Made by a program: the position numbers and the translations under genes | Shown: positions 1-11,150 of the stretch, in pieces | Layout: each line of letters starts with the position of its first letter | Numbering within the stretch: the stretch's first letter is position 1 | NCBI GenBank assembly: GCA_002269645.1 | Contig: NIVC01001035.1 | Location: forward strand, 124,001-188,000 | Origin: Macrostomum lignano | Lineage: Eukaryota | Direction of reading: 5' to 3' | Length of the DNA: 64,000 nt | The notes under the pieces: model-generated | What the model was told of the DNA's origin: nothing | Databases searched by the model: none | What the model saw: the letters and a program-made list of their open reading frames with translations, nothing else

Positions 1-212
1 CAAAATTATGGCCAGTGAGGGGTGGGGGGCTATAACTATGGATTATGAAAGCTGAGCTAACTGAATTTATTGCCTGGAAGTTTAAAAAGGCTCAGCTGAT
101 GGAAATTGCAGCTTATATATTTTATGCTCATAAGCTGTGAGAACTAAATAATAATATATAATGCAGCAAATCATTAAAATATTTAGTCACGGTTCAATCG
201 CGGTCTAACAGA

Positions 213-1936
213 CTCTATCCACAGTCAGTGGGTCTCTATCCACAGTCAGTGGGTCTCTATCCACAGTCAGTGGGTCTCTATCCACAGCCAGTGGGTCTCT
301 ATCCACAGTCAGTGGGTCTCTATCCACAGTCAGTGGTCTCTATCCACAGCCAGTGGGTCTCTATCCACAGTCAGTGGGTCTCTATCCACAGTCAGTGAGT
401 CTCTATCCACAGCCAGTGGGTCTCTATCCACAGCCAGTGGGTCTCTATCCACAGTCAGTGGGTCTCTATCCACAGTCAGTGGGTCTCTATCCACAGTCAG
501 TGGGTCTCTATCCACAGCCAGTGGGTCTCTATCCACAGTCAGTGGGTCTCTATCCACAGTCAGTGGGTCTCTATCCACAGCCAGTGGGTCTCTATCCACA
601 GTCAGTGGGTCTCTATCCACAGCCAGTGGGTCTCTATCCACAGTCAGTGGGTCTCTATCCACAGTCAGTGGGTCTCTATCCACAGCCAGTGGGTCTCTAT
701 CCACAGTCAGTGGGTCTCTATCCACAGTCAGTGGGTCTCTATCCACAGCCAGTGGGTCTCTATCCACAGTCAGTGGGTCTCTATCCACAGTCAGTGAGTC
801 TCTATCCACAGCCAGTGGGTCTCTATCCACAGCCAGTGGGTCTCTATCCACAGTCAGTGGGTCTCTATCCACAGTCAGTGGGTCTCTATCCACAGCCAGT
901 GGGTCTCTATCCACAGTCAGTGGGTCTCTATCCACAGTCAGTGGGTCTCTATCCACAGCCAGTGGGTCTCTATCCACAGTCAGTGGGTCTCTATCCACAG
1001 CCAGTGGGTCTCTATCCACAGTCAGTGGGTCTCTATCCACAGCCAGTGGGTCTCTATCCACAGCCAGTGAGTCTCTATCCACAGTCAGTGGGTCTCTATC
1101 CACAGTCAGTGGGTCTCTATCCACAGCCAGTGGGTCTCTATCCACAGCCAGTGGGTCTCTATCCACAGTCAGTGGGTCTCTATCCACAGCCAGTGGGTCT
1201 CTATCCACAGTCAGTGGGTCTCTATCCACAGCCAGTGGGTCTCTATCCACAGCCAGTGAGTCTCTATCCACAGTCAGTGGGTCTCTATCCACAGCCAGTG
1301 GGTCTCTATCCACAGCCAGTGGGTCTCTATCCACAGTCAGTGGGTCTCTATCCACAGCCAGTGGGTCTCTATCCACAGTCAGTGGGTCTCTATCCACAGC
1401 CAGTGGGTCTCTATCCACAGTCAGTGGTCTCTATCCACAGTCAGTGGGTCTCTATCCACAGTCAGTGGGTCTCTATCCACAGCCAGTGGGTCTCTATCCA
1501 CAGCCAGTGGGTCTCTATCCACAGCCAGTGGGTCTCTATCCACAGCCAGTGGGTCTCTATCCACAGTCAGTGGGTCTCTATCCACAGCCAGTGGGTCTCT
1601 ATCCACAGCCAGTGAGTCTCTATCCACAGTCAGTGGGTCTCTATCCACAGTCAGTGGGTCTCTATCCACAGCCAGTGGGTCTCTATCAACAGCCAGTGGG
1701 TCTCTATCCACAGTCAGTGGGTCTCTATCCACAGCCAGTGGGTCTCTATCTACAGTCAGTGGGTCTCTATCCACAGCCAGTGGGTCTCTATCCACAGTCA
1801 GTGGGTCTCTATCCACAGTCAGTGGGTCTCTATCCACAGTCAGTGGGTCTCTATCCACAGCCAGTGGGCCTCTATCCACAGCCAGTGGGTCTCTATCCAC
1901 AGCCAGTGGGTCTCTATCCACAGCCAGTCCAGTGAG
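213..1936. repeat. 21-bp minisatellite (GTGGGTCTCTATCCACAG[T/C]CA)n in MUS81 intron 3
   Basis: About 80 near-identical units read directly; variants TCA/CCA and GTGAGT/GTGGGT. Source of the spurious DRDPLAV and GLYPQSV ORFs. Confidence 0.98.
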
Positions 1937-1950
1937 ACTGTTCCAATGCG

Positions 1951-2067
1951 ATCGCGGGAATCGAACCTCCGACGCTCTAACCACCAGGCTACAACCCGTA
2001 CAAGGACAATAGCTGCGGCTGAGCTGTCGGTTGCACACCTGGCCCAACTGGGTCATAATTATTATTA
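1951..2067. mobile_element. Rearranged CORE-SINE remnant: inverted, internally deleted tRNA head (1951-1998, minus) joined to 3' tail (2007-2067, plus)
   Basis: GGGAATCGAACC..CCGACGC..ACCA..AGGCTACAACCCG matches 54831-54892. CAATAGCTGCGGCTGAGCTGTCGGTTGCACA matches the reverse complement of about 54630-54660. Confidence 0.8.
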
Positions 2068-2093
2068 CTGAAACACACAGAAGCCGGACTCAC

Positions 2094-5000
2094 ATCGGTG
2101 AAGGAGCTGTCGCAGATGGGCTGAGCAAGGCTGATGAGTTCGGCTTTGCTCAGCGTATAGTCAGGACCACCGCTATCCAGCAGAGTGAGCAGCATTGCGT
2201 GAGCACCCGTGCCAGGCTTTGGATTGAATGGTCGGTGCGACTGCGACAGACTCAGCTGGGGCGACTGCTGACTCGGCGTGGGGGCTCTCTGCGAATATGG
2301 ACAGCATTTTTGTATGGCTTGACAGTTGGGTCAGGAAGTGGATTAATAACTGCGTCAAAAGCTAGGTCAAGATATGGGTCAAGAATTAGGTCAATAACTG
2401 GGTCAGGATATAGTTAAAAAGGTGGGTCAATAGCCGAATCAGGATATGGGACAAAAAGTTTGTCAATAGCTGGTTCAGGATATGGGTCAAGAAGTGGGTC
2501 AATAACTGGGTCAAGAAGAGGGTCAAGAAGTGAGTCAATAACTGGGTCAGGATATGGGTCAGGAAGTAGATCAATAACTGAGTCAAGAAGTAGATCAATA
2601 ACTGAGTCAAGAAGAGGGTCAATAACTGTGTCAAAAAGTGGGTCAGGATATGGGTCAGGAAGTAGATCAATAACTGAGTCAAGAAGTGGATCAATAACTG
2701 AGTCAAGAAGTAGGTTAATAACTGGGTCAAGAATTGGGTCAATAGCTGAGAGAGGATATGGGTCAAAAAGTTGGTCAATATCTGGGTCAGTAATGGGTCA
2801 ATAACTGGGTCAATAATTGGGTTAATAGCTGGGTCAGGATATTGGTAAATAAGTGGGTCAAGTGAGCAAGTAAGTCGATATTAAGGCAAGCAAAAAGTAA
2901 AAATTGACATCTAGATAGCTAGAGAATTCGAATCGCATGTTGTAAATTTCTAGAATTATGACTTGGGCAAGAGAGGAGGAGACCAGCGTATTATTGACAG
3001 ACAGTGAAGCACAAAGAATTATTATTACGTAGAATTACGTAAGCCCGCTTTCAGTTGCAGCTGAACTGCTATGCGATAGGCATATGTTGTATGCATATTT
3101 CTCTACCTCGGCCATTACTAGTACCTACGTGATATCGTGACCTGAAACGAACCCAGTGGCTTTAACTATCACCGCAGCCGTCCCCACAGTGAACTCTATC
3201 TGCCTCTCTTGGGCTCGCACAAATTAGTCTTTAAAAGGTCAAATAAGGTCAGGCTATTCCTCCGCTTCCCTGTTTCTCTCTAACCTATTTTTTAGTCTGA
3301 ATGTAATCGTAACAGGGAATAGAAAAATTCACTTTGTGAACTCAGCTGCTGTCAACCACTTGTATTCTTTTGCTACAAAATTAATTATTCTATCAGATAG
3401 ACAGTGGGTCCCTATCCACAATCAGTGAGTCTCTATCCACAGTCAGTGAGTCTTTATCCACAGTCAGTGGGTCTCTATCCACAGTCAGTGAGTCTCTATC
3501 CACAGCCAGTGGGTCTCTATCCACAGCCAGTGGGTCTCTATCCACAATCAGTGAGTCTCTATCCACAGCAGTGGGTCTCTATCCACAGCCAGTGGGTCTC
3601 TATCCACAATCAGTGAGTCTCTATCCACAGCCAGTGGGTCTCTATCCACAGCCAGTGGGTCTCTATCCACAATCAGTGAGTCTCTATCCACAGCCAGTGG
3701 GTCTCTATCCACAGCCAGTGGGTCTCTATCCACAGCCAGTGGGTCTCTATCCACAATCAGTGAGTCTCTATCCACAGCCAGTGGGTCTCTATCCACAGTC
3801 TGTGAGTCTCTATCCACAGCCAGTGGGTCTCTATCCACAGCCAGTGGGTCTCTATCCGCAGTCAGTGGGTCTCTATCCACAGCCAATGAGTCTCTATCCA
3901 CAGTGGGTCTCTATCCACAATCAGTGAGTCTCTATCCACAGTCAGTGAGTCTCTATCCACAGCCAATGAGTCTCTATCCACAGTGGGTCTCTATCCACAA
4001 TCAGTGAGTCTCTATCCACAGTCAGTGAGTCTCTATCCACAGTCAGTGAGTCTCTATCCACAGACAGTGGGTCTCTATCCACATTCTGTGAGTCTATCTA
4101 GTCAGTGGGACTCTATCCTCTATCCACAGCCAGTGGGTCTCTATCCACAGTCAGCTTGGCATTATTTTGCGGTCATAGTGACTCATTGTGAACACACACA
4201 GCACATTCCTTCAGCTATAATGTACAGTAACTTCAGTTTTTCAGAGACTGTCAATAACAAAATCAAATATCTTACGGCAAGTTCGCCAGAAGCAGAGCCC
4301 TCAGTGCTTTGCCCAACATCTGCACCGGAACAAAGACTGCCGGTTCCCACTGAAGCAGTGGCAGCACCGTCGGAAACAGCGGACTGATCGCCATCTGGCT
4401 GAGTCTGGTCGGAGATGCGCCGCCGTTTTGCCGGCTTTTGTACTTTTAGTTTTAACGATTTCGGAGTTGCAAACCGTTCGTTGCCAATGCGAAGAGCTTC
4501 ATCCTCGCTGACACCTGCGGCGTTGGGGCGGCCAGGTTGGATGACTAGTGACAGGTTTAAGTGCTCAGTGAGTACCAGCAACTGAGGATCTGGAAGGCTG
4601 GCCCAGCAACTGACACTCTGGAAGGCTGGCCCAGCAACTGAGGATCTGGAAGGCTGGCCCAGCGACTGAGGATCTGGAAGGCTGGCCCAGCAACTGAGGA
4701 TCTAGGAGGCTGGCCCAGCAACTGAGGATCTGGAAGGCTGGCCCAGCAACTGAGGATCTGGGAGGCTGGCCCAGCAACTGAGGATCTGGAAGGCTGGCCC
4801 AGCAACTGAGGATCTGGAAGGCTGGCCCAGCGACTGAGGATCTGGGAGGCTGGCCCAGCAACTGACACTCTGGGAGGCTGTTGGCCCAGCAACTGAGGAT
4901 CTGGGAGGCTGGCCGAGAAACTGAGGATCTGGGAGGCTGGCCCAGCAACTGAGCATCTGGGAGGCTGTTGGCCCAGCAACTGAGGATCTGGGAGGCTAGC

Positions 5001-5367
5001 CGAGAAACTGAGGATCTGGGAGGCTGGGCCAGCAACTGAGAATTTGTAAAAGTGATAGTCTAAAAAACCCGCAGATCTCACCCAGCTCCTTAGCAAACTC
5101 ATTCAGTTTAGTCTGCAATGTCTCGCAGGTCTTCTGCCCAAAGCCCTCTAAGATGAGGCAAGCCCTGGGCGTCTCCAGCCTCAGCGGGTAGCGCTCCAAG
5201 GCGCGAACCATCTTGGCATAAGTGTGCTTGCTCTGCCACTTCTTGGCTACCGCTAAGTCTCGCATTTCTCGAATATGATGCAGGAAAAACTGATTCTGCA
5301 CAATAGGCATTCGTTTCTTTCTGACTCGCTTCTGACAATGTTTTGCAGTCTGTGTTGATGCAGACAT
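2094..5367 (-). CDS. MUS81: Crossover junction endonuclease MUS81, 5' part. Exons 5367-5082, 4514-4276, 2288-2094; remainder lies beyond position 1
   Basis: Exon 1 encodes NQFFLHHIREMRD...YAKMVRALERYPLRL...LILEGFGQKTCETL (MUS81 N-terminal HhH). Exon 3 encodes FNPKPGTGAHAMLLTLL...LSKAELISLAQ (winged helix). GT-AG junctions keep phase (1/1, 0/0); the donor GTGAGT after 2094 is open-ended. Confidence 0.9.
2335..2860. repeat. Diverged 12-bp-unit tandem repeat with 24-bp higher order (GGGTCAATAACT/GAGTCAAGAAGT)
   Basis: Read directly, in MUS81 intron 2. Confidence 0.9.
3400..4150. repeat. Second array of the 21-bp GTGGGTCTCTATCCACAG family, MUS81 intron 2
   Basis: Same unit and orientation as 213-1936, with more GTGAGT and CAA variants. 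Confidence 0.97.
4575..5042. repeat. 29-bp minisatellite filling MUS81 intron 1 (CAGCAACTGAGGATCTGGRAGGCTGGCC-type)
   Basis: Read directly; reverse complement of the 14690-15368 array. Confidence 0.97.
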
Positions 5368-6384
5368 GACAGAAATCCTGACTAGTTATGTACAAGTCTT
5401 TCCACAATATAATTGAAAAAATCACTGAAACTCAAATTAGAGTTATGTGGCAATACTTAGAATCTAGAAAACTGTCCTTAAGAAACTGTTATAATAGAAT
5501 GTTGGGGTCAGGGATTGCTGCTTTATCATTAAGAGTGTGTGATTATCTGCATAATACAATTTGTCACAAGATGGTTTAAAAAATCAGATTGTCTCAGTAT
5601 GGCAATGCATTATGCAGAGAGATCACACAATCAATTAATGAATTACAATGGCAAATAACAATAAATAGATAAATATGCATTACAGATTATGTTATCCGTA
5701 ACAAGTTTTGGTTTGACTAGTATATTTATATGTTTTCTAACAGCTAGATAAATAAATATACATATTAACATAGGTTAAGACTCTAGTTTACACTCTGCAA
5801 ACATTCTAGTTCTAACTTCACTTAAAAGATAGATTTATTTATATGTTTTAACTTTGATGTCTTTTTATAACAACTATGATATTTCTCTTTCATTTGATTT
5901 ATACTATTAATTAGCATTCCCACTGGGGAGCCAACAAAGAATGCAATGTTTTTGAATAACTATATATATAGCTTCTGGACTCTTAGCCTTAATATACTAG
6001 TAATTTTTTCTATCAACTAGTAGTAGTAGTTATACCTTAATCCATATTCAATGCAAATGTTTATATATAAAATCAGTCTTTGAAAACATAGCGTATAACA
6101 TTTGCCATTATGGGCAATTAATAATAATTTTTTCTATGAGCTTCCTAAGACTTGCCAATATGTATACAATAGTTAATTTGAATAAAAAGGCTTTTTGCAA
6201 ATAAGTAACTTAGCGGTGCACTTTTATAAAATAAAATTTAATAAATATATAAATCAGAAAAAAGAAAATATATATTTTCATAAAGAAAAAAATTTACTTG
6301 GCTTTTATTGACATATAACATTAAGATAATTGACAAACTATATAATCTTTTCCATAATTTACCTATTTTAATTAGGCCTAGGAA

Positions 6385-6828
6385 ATGCTTGTACCTATGG
6401 CCTGTGGTCCTATTCCAAAAATTTAATTTTATTCACAACTTAGCTATCCATGTCAATTAATTTTTTCAGATCCATGTCAATTAATTTTTAGCTTATCCCA
6501 TGGTAGCTTATTGGAATAGAGAACCTTAAAATAAATTTGTTCAAGGATGGGAACCCTTTAGTTCTTTTGTATCTAGTGTTACATAAATACATATAGTTTG
6601 TTAGCATGCTGTATATAGTTTTATATTTTCTACTAGGCCTAGGCCTATTATATTTTTTGTTTTGAGTGTATGTCATATGTTGTCATATCTATATCTATAT
6701 TGACATAGCCTATAGACTTGAATGGTAGCAGCTATTTCAATAAGCTCCTATGGGATAAGCTAAAATATATTTATATATCTATATGAATAAAATTGGAATT
6801 ATTGATATGGGACCATGGGGATAAGCAT
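6385..6828. mobile_element. Degenerate inverted-repeat (MITE-like) relic, probably related to 8220-8845
   Basis: 6490-6519 and 6732-6761 are inverted repeats (27/30). CCATGGGGATAAGCA near 6813-6827 resembles the right TIR end of 8220-8845. No clean TSD; boundaries approximate. Confidence 0.5.
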
Positions 6829-7475
6829 GTCTATCTAATTAACTATATTTTTATTTCATAAATAATCTTTATAGTTGCAATTAGGCCTATAATATAGCTA
6901 TAAGATGAAAATGATTAGAAACAATACCTAATAATAGTAATAAGCAATATACATGATAAAATACTAAATATATTAAGATAGGCCTAGTTTAGACATTTTA
7001 AAAGTTATAAAACTAAAATAAAAGTTAATAGGCCTAACAATTATCAAAATTAGGCCTAGCCTAGGCCTAGACCCCTTATAAACCATGAGATTTATCACAT
7101 TGAATTTATCACAAAATACAAAAAACAACCTTGAAAATCTGACTAGACTCTAGATTTAGAATCTGATATGACTACCTAGTCTAGAGTCTTGATAATATTA
7201 AAAATATAAAAATTAAATTTAGATTAACATTAAATTTAAAATAGGGCTTAAAATATATTATTATTAATTACATTTATAATTTAAGGTTAAGTGTTCAGCA
7301 AAGGTCTGGTCTACCATCTATGGATTTCATGCTAACTTTTTGGCTTTATCTGCAACTGCAATTAGAAATAATGATGTCTTATTTTTTATTTAGTTATAAA
7401 ATTATATATTAAATTGCCCAGCCCTGAGCCCTTTTTAAACTATACTGTAGTTTAGAGCCTGTAGGCCAATTTATA

Positions 7476-7487
7476 TATCAGGTGAGT
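7476..7487 (+). promoter_or_regulatory. Candidate splice donor of a non-coding first exon of LENG8
   Basis: Consensus CAG|GTGAGT at 7481/7482, upstream of the acceptor TTGCAG|ATG at 11150/11151. No transcript evidence. Confidence 0.3.
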
Positions 7488-8219
7488 GAGATCCTTGGCT
7501 TCATTTTTCTTTTATTATATTAATATTATCAAAATTTTATCTGGCTTGTCATATGTGCACTCGTGTAGTACCAATAGGCAATATGTACAAAAATATTACA
7601 GACTAGCACAACCGACAGCAGACGGGACGAAGCGGCCAGTCGCAGCTACAACTACAACCACTTTTCCAGGCATAGACTCATAAAATAATTAAATTGTATG
7701 ACAGTCGAGTCCTAAATGGAACAACAGCTAGCATTCTTTTATTATTAATATATAAATTTTCGGCGAACAGTTGAATCTAAACGTTTAAATATTTTCAGCC
7801 TAATATTAACGCAGAAAATTAGTTGGTATAACAAAGCTCTAATAATATAACAACTTGAAAGCATAATAAAAAGTATATTTTTTAACTTTATATTGTAAAT
7901 ATTGATTATTTAAAAGCCTAAAAGTTATTTATCTTTTTATTTAGCCCAGCATTACTGTATGGGATTAAATTTAAATTTAGTATTGAATACAAGCTTTATA
8001 ACAAGCAATTTGCATTTGAATCTAATGCTGCAAAAAATCAAATTTGTCTTCCAATAAAAATGTATCGATGTTTAAGTAGGCCTATTACTTTGTAAAAATA
8101 ATTGTTTAAATTTGCTTAAGTGTCGAGTCCAATGCCTCCAAATAAAGCTGCTCATTACATGCACTTTTAAAATTATTTTATAAAAATAGGCGCTGGCCTA
8201 CTACTTTTCTAAAAATTAT

Positions 8220-8845
8220 GGCAGTGCTTATCCCCACGGTACCGTAGGAATAATTTCTGTCTTATTCCAACGGTACCGTGGGGATAATTTTCTGCTTATC
8301 CGCACGGCACACTGACGAGATAGCTGCCCCATCTTCTACATATGCCGTGGGTTCATAATTTAGTTTAGTACTTACGGTTTGAGTGCAGTATAACAACATA
8401 ACTTTGCTTGGCCATTATTTTTTTAGAAGTAAAGATTTAATGGCCTTTTAACGCAAAAAAACACTTTTTTGTATTTATGACGTATGATTAAGAAGAATTG
8501 CTCTAGTAATTGTTTACAATTTAAGAACTTTTAGCAACTAGTCTAATCCCGACATCCCCGAAAAGTCCATTGCCGCTGCTTCTGTAGACTTCTTACTAGA
8601 CATGTAAATTCTCAATTTGTCTGTACAGATTATTGCATTGCTTCAACAATTCACCCGTGCGGATAAGCAGAAAATTATTCCCACGGCATATGTAGAAGAT
8701 GGGGCAGCTATCTCGTCAATGTGCCGTGCGGATAAGCAGAAAATTATCCCCACGGTACCGTTGGAATAAGACAGAAATTATCCCCACGGTACCGTTGGAA
8801 TAAGACAGAAATTATTCCTACGGTACCGTGGGGATAAGCACTGCC
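8220..8845. mobile_element. Non-autonomous DNA transposon (MITE), about 130-bp TIRs, 9-bp TSD AAAAATTAT; MULE- or Merlin-type
   Basis: Begins GGCAGTGCTTATCCCCACGGTACC and ends GGTACCGTGGGGATAAGCACTGCC. AAAAATTAT at 8211-8219 and 8846-8854. The right TIR has an extra internal repeat unit. Confidence 0.92.
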
Positions 8846-10699
8846 AAAAATTATAGTTCAAATGATAGGCCTATCAAATTAGGAAAAATTTGTGCTGCTA
8901 TTAATTTTTAATTGTGACTAGTAATAATATTATTGCTATGATACATATAAGGCCTACTCATATGTGCAGATTGTGATTATATCTTAATTATATGGTTTTA
9001 TTAATAGCTAATAGCTATTAACTTTTTTTGAGTTGTTTTAAAAATAATTATAGGCCCTTTTAGTATTTAGTATTATAAAAGTTTATAGTAATAATTGTTT
9101 TTGCTTACATTTTTTCTGTTATGTCATATGATATATTACTTGATCAGTCTATCAACTATAACTAGCTTTTATTCTTGACAGAATCTGAAATTTTCTAGCT
9201 ATAATTTTTTAAATCTTATTTTAAAACAATATGCCCAACTTCAAAATTCCACCCATCTAGTACAAGTTAGTTTTGTCCAGATTTGTGACTTAGTTCCTCC
9301 CAATTATGACAGTTCCCTCAATTACAACTTAATTTTTACTTTGTATATTATATTACTTTTTTGCTTTTTTCTCTTTTTTTCACTTTCTCTTTCTTTCTCC
9401 TCTTTCCTCTCTTTGTCTTTCTCTTTTCCCTCATTTCTTTTCCTTTTCTCTTCCTTTTCTTTTTTTCTTCTAATTTTTTGGAGGTACAATTATTTTCTGT
9501 GCCTATTTTCTGATCATGTCATATGCTATGTCCAATAGATATTTATCTAATCTACTAAACTAAATAAAACAAATAGCCTAGAATGAAATAAATATTTTGT
9601 TTATATTCATCCCATTTTTGCATTGGAGAGCTTGTTGCATGCACAGTAGCTATGCACCTAGTATTATAATTATGTGTTTAGTGGCTATTTAGGCCCTACG
9701 TAGTGCTTTATTTGCATTCATAACAGCCATCCATCTAGTTTTACAATTGTATAGAAAGATATATATAATAGCTTAATGTTATAATGTTGTAGCCATCTTG
9801 GTATATGGCCATCTTAGTCTTAATACTTCTAGTTGGGATGGGTCAGAAGGATGTTGGGCATGTATATTGTAAAATATATAAGTTAGGCCTAAATATGCAT
9901 ATAAACTATATATAGATTACTAGCTCAATAAAGGAATTTAACAATAACAATGAAATGAAAGAATTACTTTAATTATCTAGAACCTAATATTGATCGGGAT
10001 CCTTAATCACAAAATCTTAGACTTAGTTTAATAATTAATATTTAGATCTCTGATAATATTTTAGTTGTCCTAGCATTAAGTTTTTTATTACATCTAACCC
10101 CCAAAGCATTTTTGAAACTTATTTTTATTAAAAATTTAGTAAGCCTAAGCCCTACTAAAATTTAAAAAAGATGTAAAAATATTTTAAAATATCAAAAATA
10201 TTGACAGTTTTCTAGTTTATTTTTATAATATTACTTTCAAGTTAGAATCAATGTTATAATATAATACCTTTGAGCACTAAATAGGACATAAGACACTAGA
10301 TAGAAAAGTAAATAGAGCAATTGCTACACCAATAAATAGATCAATAGATAAGGTAGTAAAAGTAACAATGGAATGATAGATAAAGCAATAGATAGAATAG
10401 TATTTTTAGATAGAGCTATTTAATAGAGTACTGAATAGAGCTATAAAACACTTTCTAATATTATTTCATATCCCTTTTAGCCATAGACAAAGTTTTGTGA
10501 TGTAACATTATATTGTGTGATTGATTTAAACTTGAAAATAGTTGCAAAAAACTGGCAGATTACCAAATGATTCAATAGCAAAAGTGTTACTATGATTTTA
10601 TGATTCATTTTATGAATAATTTGATATGCCTTGGCAACTATATTATAATCAATATATTTATATTGACATTAATACAAATGCTAAATATATTAAACTAAT

Positions 10700-11037
10700 G
10701 GGGGGTCATAGCCCAGCGGTCTAGTGCTGGCTCTGGTATGCCAGCAACCCAGGCTTGATTCCAAGTGCAGTCACATTAATTTGGGGCTGAATTGGAATCT
10801 TGGCTTGGCTCTGCTTGTGAGAGCCAACCCCCCAAGGTGCAGTGAAGTGTACATTCCTAACGATAATATAAAGTTAGGGCCGCTGTACACTCCTGTGTGA
10901 GTGTGTGCCTGCATACATATCCACATGCTTGTATGCCTGCTCAAGGGAGTTGGCGGAATGGGCAGCAATGCCTCTTGCCAGTTGTGTGCCAATTGCGACA
11001 GGGTGCACACAACCCCCCTGCCTCTAATAAAAAAAAT
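10700..11037 (+). mobile_element. tRNA-derived SINE (second family, non-CORE)
   Basis: A-box-like TAGCCCAGCGG, degenerate B box GGCTTGATTCC, A-rich tail, 12-bp TSD ATATATTAAACT (10685-10696 and 11038-11049). Central part recurs at about 23360-23450. Confidence 0.75.
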
Positions 11038-11150
11038 ATATATTAAACTTGATATATAGGCAGCATTTCAAACTTCTAATTAGTCCTTGGTTTTTACTAA
11101 CTGCACTCAAACATTACTTACATATCCATAATTAAATTTATCTCTTGCAG

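Noticed and set aside
1-30. AAAATTAT|GGCCAGTG resembling the left junction of the 8220 MITE
   Set aside because: Similarity ends after about 7 bases and there is no partner TIR or TSD.
330-1935. Long ORFs DRDPLAV/GLYPQSV (also 3404-4130)
   Set aside because: Stop-free frames of a 21-bp array inside MUS81 introns; not coding.
213-1936. Regular short repeats as a CRISPR array
   Set aside because: Head-to-tail units with no unique spacers, a eukaryotic context and no cas genes. The same applies to every other array.
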